Below are positions 30,517-38,546 of a stretch of DNA of 64,000 nt, piece by piece (positions within the stretch are counted from its first letter, which is position 1; every line of letters begins with the position of its first letter). This stretch comes from Dehalococcoidia bacterium (GTDB lineage Bacteria > Chloroflexota > Dehalococcoidia > Bin125). The position numbers were made by a program, and so were the translations under genes. The stretch lies in assembly GCA_963555985.3 (NCBI GenBank), contig OY820591.1:832001-896000 (forward strand), in the 5' to 3' direction. The notes below the pieces were generated by a model. It was not told the DNA's origin. It was given only the letters and a program-made list of their open reading frames with translations, and ran no database searches.

Positions 30517-31422
30517 GTGAGCGTGGCGACACGGGACACCATTGAGGCTTCGCAGCAATCGTCCTTGTTTGCGGTCGACGCTGTCGGCCTGTCCGCACGC
30601 GCTGTCCTCGCCTGTCAGGACAACCTGGAGTTCATGCGGGCGTTCCCCGATGGGAGCTTCAAGCTCGTCGTCACCTCGCCGCCGTACAACCTCGGCAAGC
30701 CCTATGAGCGGAAGGCCGAGCTGGACGCCTATCTCGACCAGCAGGATCGGGTGATCGAGGAGTGCGTCCGGCTGCTGCATCCGCAGGGGTCGATTTGCTG
30801 GCAGGTGGGCAATTTCGTGGACAACGGCGAGATCGTGCCGCTGGACACGCTGCTCTACCCGCTCTTCCGTGAGCGGGGGCTAAAGCTGCGCAACCGCATC
30901 GTCTGGCACTTCGGTCACGGTCTGCATTGCACCAATCGTCTGTCGGGCCGCTACGAGACGATCAACTGGTGGACGTCGGGCGACGACTACACCTGGGATC
31001 TGGACCCGATTCGCGTGCCGTCGAAGTATCCGAACAAGCGGCACTTCAAGGGCCCCAATATCGGCAAGCTCTCGGGCAACCCGAAGGGCAAGAATCCGAG
31101 CGACGTCTGGGAGTTCCCGAACGTCAAGAACAATCACCCGGAGAAGACGATTCACCCCTGTCAGTTTCCGGTCGAGTTAGTGGAGCGCCTAGTGCTGTCG
31201 ATGACGAACGAGGGCGATGCGGTGTTCGATCCATACATGGGCGTCGGCTCGGCGCTGATCGCGGCGCTCAAGCATGGGCGCGATGCCGCGGGGTGCGACA
31301 TCGTTGAGGAATACGTGGAGATCGCGAAGGAGCGCGTCGCTTTGCTGGAGGCGGGGACACTGCGGACTCGTCCGATGGGCAAGCCGATCTATGACCCTGG
31401 GTTGCCGCGAGGCGGTCACTGA
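30517..31422 (+). CDS. Beta-class N4-cytosine/N6-adenine DNA methyltransferase (M.BglII-like)
   Basis: VVTSPPYN catalytic motif precedes FDPYMGVGS SAM motif; LRNRIVWHFGHGLH, GKNPSDVW, HPCQFPVEL. Confidence 0.9.
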   Translation: MSVATRDTIEASQQSSLFAVDAVGLSARAVLACQDNLEFMRAFPDGSFKLVVTSPPYNLGKPYERKAELDAYLDQQDRVIEECVRLLHPQGSICWQVGNFVDNGEIVPLDTLLYPLFRERGLKLRNRIVWHFGHGLHCTNRLSGRYETINWWTSGDDYTWDLDPIRVPSKYPNKRHFKGPNIGKLSGNPKGKNPSDVWEFPNVKNNHPEKTIHPCQFPVELVERLVLSMTNEGDAVFDPYMGVGSALIAALKHGRDAAGCDIVEEYVEIAKERVALLEAGTLRTRPMGKPIYDPGLPRGGH

Positions 31423-31499
31423 TGAAGGTTGGCGGCACCTATGCCCATCTGAACGGCCAGGAGTACCTGTTGGTCCATCTGCGCTCGTTGTGGGAATAA
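31422..31499 (+). pseudogene. Truncated BglII/BstYI-family restriction endonuclease (25-codon N-terminal remnant)
   Basis: TGATG-coupled ORF MKVGGTYAHLNGQEYLLVHLRSLWE* resembles the Y(S/A)HLNG.E(Y/F)LLVH start of this family. Confidence 0.65.
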
Positions 31500-31986
31500 G
31501 GAGCATTGTCCGATCTGGAGAGCGTGGCGCCGGCCTTCATCGATTCGTACAGGGAGCATGGCAAGCCGCCCTCGCCACCCGCTCAGGCTGGCGAACTCGT
31601 GGTTGCGGTTCAACCTCCCAATTCCTGACTTGGAAGCTCAGGCCGCCCCGTTCAGAGTGAGTCCCCAAACACATCTACGCTGTCCCAATCACCTCCAGTG
31701 AACGCCGGTTCTGATAAGATCATCAGCGCCAAACAGCCGGCGCGTCAATCCGGGCAGCCGGACATGGCCAATCACACCAAGTACAACACATAGAAACACC
31801 TCCGAAATCGCCGCAAACTCTTCGCATATAACTGCTGCGAGATCGGCACAAAACGAAACAAGGTGAAACAGAATGAAACAAAATGAAACAGCATCGAACA
31901 GGAAGACGCCCGATCCTCAGCCCAGGGCGGCAAATCCCACCGAAGCGCCCCAAATTTTTTTTCCGCCCGAACCTCACTCCCCCGGC

Positions 31987-32057
31987 GGCGTCCGCGACTG
32001 CACCACGTACATCGGATCGCTCCGACCCTTGGCCGGGGAGATGTCGTGCCATTGGGG
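31987..32057. repeat. 71-bp direct repeat, copy 1 (duplicate of methyltransferase 3' end)
   Basis: Identical to 33082-33152 by eye. Confidence 0.92.
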
Positions 32058-32243
32058 TGGATCGAAGGCTGTCGCAATACATGAGCAGTCGTGAGCCGGT
32101 GAAGGATTGGAACAGCGCTAGGCAGATTTCAGTGTCGAATGCAGACGTGACCGGCATCGAGTTCCGCCCGCCAGAGGGTCCGGGGTCGTTCTGCGGGTGA
32201 GGGTTGGCCGCGCTATGCTGGGCGCTCAGCGGAGAGGATCCCG

Positions 32244-32573
32244 ATGGCGACTCGGACGCGACGGGCGATGCGGAAGGCGGAGATGTCGCCTGAGGAGTTG
32301 CGGTTCAGCCGTGAGTTGCGCGACGCCTGGCAGCGCAACTTCGACTACTGGAACCTTCACGTGTCTGACATCTATGAGGCGCGCCCGGAAGGGGCCTGGC
32401 TTGCAGTCGTCTATGACGACGACCAGGTGCGCTATTTCGACGACATGCGGCCCATGTGCGAGTTTCTGGATTCGCTAGAGCCGTTGGTGAAACGCGCCGC
32501 GGTGGATCGACCATTAGTGGACCGCGAAATCAACTGGGCAGTGTCGCCGTTGGTCCATGTGCCGATCCGATGA
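32244..32573 (+). CDS. DUF5678-like small protein
   Basis: N..YW..H...IYE.RPEGAWLAVVYD pattern; TATGCT -10-like box and GGAGAGG RBS upstream. Confidence 0.5.
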   Translation: MATRTRRAMRKAEMSPEELRFSRELRDAWQRNFDYWNLHVSDIYEARPEGAWLAVVYDDDQVRYFDDMRPMCEFLDSLEPLVKRAAVDRPLVDREINWAVSPLVHVPIR

Positions 32574-33079
32574 CTGTGTTTCCGGGCGATTTTGAGGTGC
32601 TCCACGGCGCTGGACAACCGATCGGGCAGGCTGCAATGGAGCGTCCCACTCTTCGTGCCGCCGTGACGTTGCTCGAAGTGGGCTACGGCCTGGGATTGGT
32701 ACGTGGCGACGTTCGGTTCCTGATCGACAGTGGGGCTGACCGCACAGTGCTTCAACCGCGCGACGCGGAGCGTCTGTGCGGGGTTGGCTTGTTCGAGATT
32801 GATTTCGACGCCGACCCGATGACCACCGGCTCACAAGGCATCGGCCAAGGTAGACAGGTGCAGATTGAACGAGAAGCGGAGATTGGGCTGTGGGATGAAG
32901 ACGGACAGCTGTGGCCCTTTCAGTTAGGTATCCTGATTGCTCGACCCGATCCGCCACAGCGGGCCTTGCAGGGGAACTGGGGACTGCCCTCTCTGCTGGG
33001 GCGGGACGTCCTGGAGCACCTGGATCTCCACCTCTCCTACAATCCGCCGGCGGTCTATCTCAGCACTCCGGATCTGTAG
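32570..33079 (+). CDS. Retropepsin-like (clan AA) aspartic protease
   Basis: FLIDSGADRT catalytic motif and LLGRDVL motif; ATGA overlap with the previous gene. Confidence 0.82.
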   Translation: MTVFPGDFEVLHGAGQPIGQAAMERPTLRAAVTLLEVGYGLGLVRGDVRFLIDSGADRTVLQPRDAERLCGVGLFEIDFDADPMTTGSQGIGQGRQVQIEREAEIGLWDEDGQLWPFQLGILIARPDPPQRALQGNWGLPSLLGRDVLEHLDLHLSYNPPAVYLSTPDL

Positions 33080-33716
33080 CGGGCGTCCGCGACTGCACCA
33101 CGTACATCGGATCGCTCCGACCCTTGGCCGGGGAGATGTCGTGCCATTGGGGCGCCTCGAACGCTCCCGAGTAGTGGAAGTAGGCGCCGACTTGTTGGAT
33201 GTGGCCTTCGTCGCCCATGCCCTGCCAGAGCCAGACGGCTTTGGTCGGGAAGCAGCGGTTGCTGAAGCTAACGATGCAGCCGCCGCCGGGCCGGAGGACG
33301 CGGGCGAGGTCGCGGAAGACCTCCAGCGGGCGGGTCAGGTACTGGACCGAGACGGCGATCGTGACAACATCGAACTCGTCGTCGCCGTAGGGCAGGACGG
33401 GGTTGGCGTTGAGGTCGTGGACGACCCACTCGGTCAGCTGGGGGTTCTCTGCCAGCTCCTCGGCGTTCATGCCGAGGCCGGCGACGCGCTCGGATTCGAG
33501 GTCGTCGGGGTAGTGCGAGACCCAGGACGACATCAGGTCGAGCAGGCGGCCTTGCTTGGGCAGAAATTTCGAGTAGTGCTCGCGCAATGCTGCGATGGCC
33601 GCGTCGTCGATGTGGGTGACAAGGCGCGGGAGTTCGTAGAAACGGGCGTCGTCGGACTCGTCGACGCGGCGGAAGTGGGCGTCTTCGAAGGGGGGATCGT
33701 CGGGTTGGTCGGGCAT
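33060..33716 (-). CDS. Class I SAM-dependent methyltransferase (type 11)
   Basis: DDARFY..PRLVTHID, LDLMSSWVSH, GLGMNAEEL..NP, SFSNRCFPTKA. Confidence 0.9.
   Translation of the reverse strand: MPDQPDDPPFEDAHFRRVDESDDARFYELPRLVTHIDDAAIAALREHYSKFLPKQGRLLDLMSSWVSHYPDDLESERVAGLGMNAEELAENPQLTEWVVHDLNANPVLPYGDDEFDVVTIAVSVQYLTRPLEVFRDLARVLRPGGGCIVSFSNRCFPTKAVWLWQGMGDEGHIQQVGAYFHYSGAFEAPQWHDISPAKGRSDPMYVVQSRTPATDPEC
33082..33152. repeat. 71-bp direct repeat, copy 2
   Basis: Within the 3' end of the methyltransferase gene; identical to 31987-32057. Confidence 0.92.
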
Positions 33717-33719
33717 GGG

Positions 33720-33841
33720 GCCCTCACCCCCCGCTTTCGCGGGGGCAGGCTCTAACCCTCTCCCTCAGGGAGAGGGGATGGACGCTCCCAGTCCTGCTTC
33801 CGCTCCCTCTCCCCCCCCTGGGAGAGGGCTGGGGTGAGGGA
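33720..33841. repeat. Inverted pair of CCCTCTCCC...GGGAGAGGG REP-like palindromes
   Basis: CCCTCACCCC...CCCTCTCCCTCAGGGAGAGGG ... CCCTCTCCCCCCCCTGGGAGAGGGCTGGGGTGAGGG. Confidence 0.75.
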
Positions 33842-33846
33842 TTCGC

Positions 33847-34044
33847 TTAGAACTTGGGCGGCTTGGGCAGGATGTAGCCGGCGGTGAGTCCGATCAGGAT
33901 CGCGGCTAGGGCGATCCCGATCGCGATGGCCACGATCTGTCCAGCGTGGAGTCCGCCGCCGCCCTCGCCGCCGGCGGCCATCGCCGCGCCGCCCAGGAGG
34001 ACGGCGGCGATCAGCGCCAGTGCGACGGTTGTGGTGCGCAACAT
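33847..34044 (-). CDS. Small membrane protein
   Basis: Signal-like and TM hydrophobic segments; co-oriented with neighbours. Confidence 0.65.
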   Translation of the reverse strand: MLRTTTVALALIAAVLLGGAAMAAGGEGGGGLHAGQIVAIAIGIALAAILIGLTAGYILPKPPKF

Positions 34045-34060
34045 GCGCCTGATCCTCCGA

Positions 34061-34507
34061 CTAGAAGGGGTTCAGGATTTGGGCGGCGTGGTCGGCCAGA
34101 TGCCAGGTGGCCATGGCCATCAGCGCGCCTACGGGCGCGGCCGCCATGCCCTCGCCGCCAGCCGACTTGCCCAGTTCCTCGTCCTGGACGTAGTTGACCT
34201 TGGAGTCGAACGCCGCGGCGATGGCGTCGAGCGCGGCTAGCGCGTCGGCGGGGTCGGCGAAGTCGGTGCTGGCCAGCGGGTTGTCGGGGCCGTCGTAGCC
34301 GCAGGCGGCGCAGATGCCGTTGGCGAACATCATCTCGGCCGGGATCACGTGTTCGGCGACCTGTCGCGGCGACCAGCCGGCCTCGCCGTCGTCAGCCGTG
34401 CCTTTGGCCGTTTCCCAGTTGCCGTGTGCGGCGGAGCCGGCGATTGCGACTTTGAGCGCGGCGCGGGCGCCAGAGATTCCGGCGCGCAATTCATCTGCTT
34501 GTGACAT
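34061..34507 (-). CDS. DinB-superfamily protein
   Basis: WSPRQVAEHV and HLADHAAQI His motifs. Confidence 0.7.
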   Translation of the reverse strand: MSQADELRAGISGARAALKVAIAGSAAHGNWETAKGTADDGEAGWSPRQVAEHVIPAEMMFANGICAACGYDGPDNPLASTDFADPADALAALDAIAAAFDSKVNYVQDEELGKSAGGEGMAAAPVGALMAMATWHLADHAAQILNPF

Positions 34508-34632
34508 CACTTCTCCTGTGCGGTCTGTCGCCGACCTCGCGGGTCGGATCTGGGTCGGTCGGCTACAGGCAGCATAGGGCAGCCGCCGACTATTCTGAGC
34601 CGACGACGGCGATGTAGCGGGAGGAATCGGTC

Positions 34633-35685
34633 ATGGCGTTCGGAATCGGACTGATCGGCGCGGGCGGCAATCAGAAGCTGCGGCATATTCCGGGCTTCCG
34701 CGCGATCAACGACGTGGAGGTGGTCAGCCTCGTCAACCGCTCGCGCGCCAGCGGCGAGGCGGCGGCAGCCGAGTTCGGGATTCCCAAGGTCTGCGATTCG
34801 GTCGAGGAACTGTTGGCCGACCAGGCGGTGGATGCGGTCTCGATTGGCACGTGGCCGTACAAACATCTCGAGTACACGCGGGCGGCGCTGGAGGCGGGCA
34901 AACACGTGCTCTGCGAGGCGCGCATGGCCTGCGACGCGGACGAGGCTGAGCAGATGCTGGCGCTCGACCGCGCTTACCCTGATCTGGTTTGTCAGCTGGT
35001 GCCGGCGCCGTTCGACTTCCGGCTGGGGCCGACGATCACGCGGATGTGCGGCGACGGCTCGCTGGGCGCGATTCTGGAGGTGCATCTGACGCTGCTCAAC
35101 GGCGGCGGTCTGGACGAGTCCGCGCCGCTGCACTGGCGGCATCGGAGCGACTACTCGGGTAAGAACATGATGCAGCTGGGCATCTTCAACGAGACGATCC
35201 AACGCTGGCTGGGCGACACCGCGCGGGTCACGGCGCACGCGCGGACGTTCGTCCCCTCGCGCATCGATCCTGAGTCGGGCGAGCGCTACGAGATTGTGAT
35301 TCCCGACTCGCTGGGGATTTTCGCAGATATGGCGAACGGGGCGCGCTGCACGTACCGGGTGAGCGCTGTGACAGCGGGTGCACCGCCTCCGCCCACGATC
35401 GATATCTACGGCACGGAGGGACGTCTGCACTGGCGAATGGGTCCCACCAACGGCGACACGGCGCAGTGGGGCAAGCACGGGGAGGAGCTGGAGGCGCTCA
35501 ATCCGGATCCGGGTACCTCGCACGACTGGCTGGTGGAGTACGACTTCATGCGCAGCGTGCGAGAGGGCGCGCCGGTGACGCTGACGAATTTTGAGGATGG
35601 GGTGCGCTATATGCGCTTTACGGATGCGGTCTGGGAGTCGTGGAATTCTGGCGAGAGCCGCGACATCGAACCGCTGGCTGATTAG
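34633..35685 (+). CDS. Gfo/Idh/MocA family oxidoreductase
   Basis: IGLIGAG, AVSIGTWPYKH, AGKHVLCEARMA. Confidence 0.9.
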   Translation: MAFGIGLIGAGGNQKLRHIPGFRAINDVEVVSLVNRSRASGEAAAAEFGIPKVCDSVEELLADQAVDAVSIGTWPYKHLEYTRAALEAGKHVLCEARMACDADEAEQMLALDRAYPDLVCQLVPAPFDFRLGPTITRMCGDGSLGAILEVHLTLLNGGGLDESAPLHWRHRSDYSGKNMMQLGIFNETIQRWLGDTARVTAHARTFVPSRIDPESGERYEIVIPDSLGIFADMANGARCTYRVSAVTAGAPPPPTIDIYGTEGRLHWRMGPTNGDTAQWGKHGEELEALNPDPGTSHDWLVEYDFMRSVREGAPVTLTNFEDGVRYMRFTDAVWESWNSGESRDIEPLAD

Positions 35686-35694
35686 GGAGAGAGC

Positions 35695-36630
35695 ATGGCG
35701 CGGATCGTTTCGCTACTGCCCAGCGCGACCGAGATCGTCTGCGCCCTCGGCGCTGGGGGCAATCTGGTCGGCCGCTCGCACGAGTGCGACTTTCCGGCTG
35801 AGATGCAGAGCCTACCGGTGCTGACCAGTCCCAGGTTCGTTCCCGCCGCGAGCAGCGGCGCGATCGATCGTCAGGTGCGCGAACTGGCGCTGGAAGCACG
35901 GGCCGAGGATGCACTCGGCGTCTACGCGATCGAGATGGACCTGCTGCAAGAGCTTGCGCCGACGCACATTGTGACGCAGACGCAGTGCGAGGTCTGCGCC
36001 GTGAGCCTGCGCGACGTAGAACGAGCCGTCGAACAACTGACGGGCTTCAACACATCGGTGATTCCGCTGGCGCCGAACTCGCTGTCCGACATCTGGGACG
36101 ACATTCAACGCACTGCCGACGCGCTGGGCATCGGAGAGCGCGGCAGCGCGCTCGTTGTAGCGCTGCGGCGCCGAATGGATCGGGTGTCGGCGACCTCAAG
36201 CGCTCCTCGGGTTGCGGTCGTCGAGTGGGCTGATCCGCTGATGACGGCGGGGCACTGGACGATGGAGTTGGTCGAGCGCGCCGGCGGCGTGCCGGTGATC
36301 GGTCAACCACGGGGAGCGTCGTTGCGCTTCGAGATGTCCGAGCTGGCCACAGCCGATCCCGACGTGATCATTGTCGCGCCGTGCGGCTACGACCTCGCCA
36401 GGACGCGGGAAGATGCGGAACTTCTTCATGAACGCGAAGACTGGCGACGGTTGCGGGCTGTGCGCAAGGGTCGAGTAGCGCTGATCGATGGAAATCAGTA
36501 CGTCAATCGTCCGGGTCCGCGGGTCGTGGAGACGCTGGAGATCATCGCCGAGATCATCAATCCCGACATCGCAGAGCGTCGGCACGAGGGCATCGGCTGG
36601 GAACGCTTTGCCACCGCCGTTAGGGACTAG
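35695..36630 (+). CDS. BtuF-like cobalamin/Fe-siderophore-binding protein
   Basis: RIVSLLPSATEIVCALG, GRSHECDFP, TQTQCEVCAV, NRPGPR. Confidence 0.85.
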   Translation: MARIVSLLPSATEIVCALGAGGNLVGRSHECDFPAEMQSLPVLTSPRFVPAASSGAIDRQVRELALEARAEDALGVYAIEMDLLQELAPTHIVTQTQCEVCAVSLRDVERAVEQLTGFNTSVIPLAPNSLSDIWDDIQRTADALGIGERGSALVVALRRRMDRVSATSSAPRVAVVEWADPLMTAGHWTMELVERAGGVPVIGQPRGASLRFEMSELATADPDVIIVAPCGYDLARTREDAELLHEREDWRRLRAVRKGRVALIDGNQYVNRPGPRVVETLEIIAEIINPDIAERRHEGIGWERFATAVRD

Positions 36631-36699
36631 GGATCGGAGAGCAGCGGCGAGACTTGGGAGATCGAGCCGTTGGTGAAATGAGGAAGGCCTGGGTACCTC

Positions 36700-37512
36700 A
36701 TGCCCTTAGACGAGCAGTCCACGAAGATCGAACTGATCGGGCCAGCGCTTGAAGCGCGCGGTTGGACACTGTCGCTGGTTGCCCAGGAGGTCAAGACGGG
36801 TCGCGTCTCTCTCGCTGGGGAGTGGTCTGCTGGGACAGCCGACTATGTGCTGTCGGTGGTCATTGACGGTCAGAAGATGCCTGCCGCAGTCTTGGAAGCC
36901 AAGGCAGTCCACAGGGATCCGAAAGTAGGCGCTGGGCAAGCTCGTGACTATGCCCGTTCGATCAAGGCACCGTTCGCGTTTGCGACAAATGGCCATGCTT
37001 TCGTTGAAGTCGACAGCGAGGGAAACCCGGGATCGCAGGAACCGCTTGAGCAATTCCCAACGTCCAGTGAGCTCAAGCAGCGTCATCCGATACAGCAAGA
37101 GCAAGAGCTACAGCGACAGAAGGAACGCGAAGAGAAGGAACGCCGTGAGCGGCAGCGGCAGGAGCGCGAACGCGAGGCAAGGCGGCGCGAAGAGGAAGCG
37201 AAGAAGCGGCGAGTGAGTGCGGCGACACAGCAGCGCGCTCAGGAGAACCACAATCTGGTTGAGCAGGCAAAACAGGACTACTTTTGGGCAGTCGACAAGG
37301 GGTATCGATGGGCTGCGGCACAAGCCGCACTGCGCCTAAAGGACGCTGATGTAGATGTCGCTGATCTACGCCCAAAGGACGCTGATGTAGATGTCCCTGA
37401 CCTGCACCCAAAGGACGCTGATGTCGATGCCGCTGACCCGTGGATTCAGGCCGAGGAGAAGCCGAGTAGAACCGGCGTGTTTAGGTTTCTCAAGCGGTTG
37501 TTTAACCGCTAA
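36700..37512 (+). CDS. Protein with type I restriction HsdR N-terminal nuclease domain, charged coiled coil and 12-aa repeats
   Basis: ADYVL...VLEAK...QARDYA...FAFATNG; E/R-rich helix; KDADVD repeats. Confidence 0.72.
   Translation: MPLDEQSTKIELIGPALEARGWTLSLVAQEVKTGRVSLAGEWSAGTADYVLSVVIDGQKMPAAVLEAKAVHRDPKVGAGQARDYARSIKAPFAFATNGHAFVEVDSEGNPGSQEPLEQFPTSSELKQRHPIQQEQELQRQKEREEKERRERQRQEREREARRREEEAKKRRVSAATQQRAQENHNLVEQAKQDYFWAVDKGYRWAAAQAALRLKDADVDVADLRPKDADVDVPDLHPKDADVDAADPWIQAEEKPSRTGVFRFLKRLFNR
37338..37440 (+). repeat. 36-bp tandem repeat, three copies, coding
   Basis: AAAGGACGCTGATGT units start at 37338, 37374 and 37410. Confidence 0.9.
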
Positions 37513-38462
37513 AGGTCTGACAGCCAGTCCACGAGGATGCGGTTGAGTTCCTCCGGTTCTTCCTGCTGGGTCCAGTGGCCGCATTCTTCGATGTGGCCTC
37601 GACTGAGGTTGGGGATCCACTCCTCCATGCCCTCCGACATTGAGGGGAGCAGGACGCCGTCTTTGCCGGCGGTGACCATCAGCGCGGGCTGGGCGATGTC
37701 CTGGCCGTCGACGGCTGCGCCCCATTCCCAGTTGCGGCCGTGGTTGCGGTACCAGTTCAGGCCGCCGCGGAAGCCAGTGCGCTCGAAGGCGCTGACGAAG
37801 GTTTGCAGGTCCGCCTCGGTCAACATGATCGAGCGTTCGGCGTCGTCGGGCAGGCCGACGAGCAATCCGCCGCGATCGCGGACGCCGGAAGTCATGCCGA
37901 TCACGTCGAGGCGGTCTTCGGGCTTGGAGGTGCGCAGCATCAGGGTCATGGTGCGGCGCACGTTGCCGCCGAGTTCGGCCTCGGCCACGCCTTCGTCCTG
38001 GAAGTAGAGCTGGTAATCGAAACGGCCCGGGGCCATCTTCATAGCGTCGAGCGGGTTGATCGGCGGGCGGCGTCCGGCGGGGGTGTTGATCCCGGCGACG
38101 GCGTTGCAGCGCGTGGGGTGATGCTGGGCCATGTTCCAGACGACCGCGCCGCCCCAGTCGTGGCCGACGAAGACGGCGCTGTCGATTTCCAAGGCGTCGA
38201 GCAGGGCGACCATGTCGGCGCAGATCAGTTCCTGGGTGTAGTCCTCGGCGTTGGGCGGAGCGTCGGTGTCGCCGTAGCCGCGCATGTCAGGAGCGATGGC
38301 GCGGAATCCGGCCTCGGCGACGGCAGGGAGTTGGTGCCGCCAGGAGTACCAGAGCTCGGGGAAGCCGTGGCAGAAGACGACGGCGGGTCCGGAACCGGCC
38401 TCGGCGATGTGCATGTTGATGCCGGTGGAGAGTGCGATCGTGGAGTGGGAGACGTCGGTCAT
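37509..38462 (-). CDS. Epoxide hydrolase-like alpha/beta hydrolase
   Basis: HGFPELWYSWRHQ, PDMRGYG, GHDWGG, GGLNWYRN, CGHWTQQE. Confidence 0.92.
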   Translation of the reverse strand: MTDVSHSTIALSTGINMHIAEAGSGPAVVFCHGFPELWYSWRHQLPAVAEAGFRAIAPDMRGYGDTDAPPNAEDYTQELICADMVALLDALEIDSAVFVGHDWGGAVVWNMAQHHPTRCNAVAGINTPAGRRPPINPLDAMKMAPGRFDYQLYFQDEGVAEAELGGNVRRTMTLMLRTSKPEDRLDVIGMTSGVRDRGGLLVGLPDDAERSIMLTEADLQTFVSAFERTGFRGGLNWYRNHGRNWEWGAAVDGQDIAQPALMVTAGKDGVLLPSMSEGMEEWIPNLSRGHIEECGHWTQQEEPEELNRILVDWLSDL

Positions 38463-38546
38463 GTGGCAACACTTTCTGTGTCCTGCGTCAGCGGCTTTAC
38501 CTTAGCGTGAGGTAGTCGTGGAGCAGGTGCAACGGAGACTGAATCG

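Noticed and set aside
31987-33152. 71-bp repeat pair as the TR/VR of a diversity-generating retroelement
   Set aside because: The copies are identical with no adenine-specific mismatches, and no reverse transcriptase is in the window.
37338-37440. 36-bp repeats as a CRISPR array
   Set aside because: Units are directly tandem with no unique spacers, lie in frame inside an ORF, and there are no cas genes.
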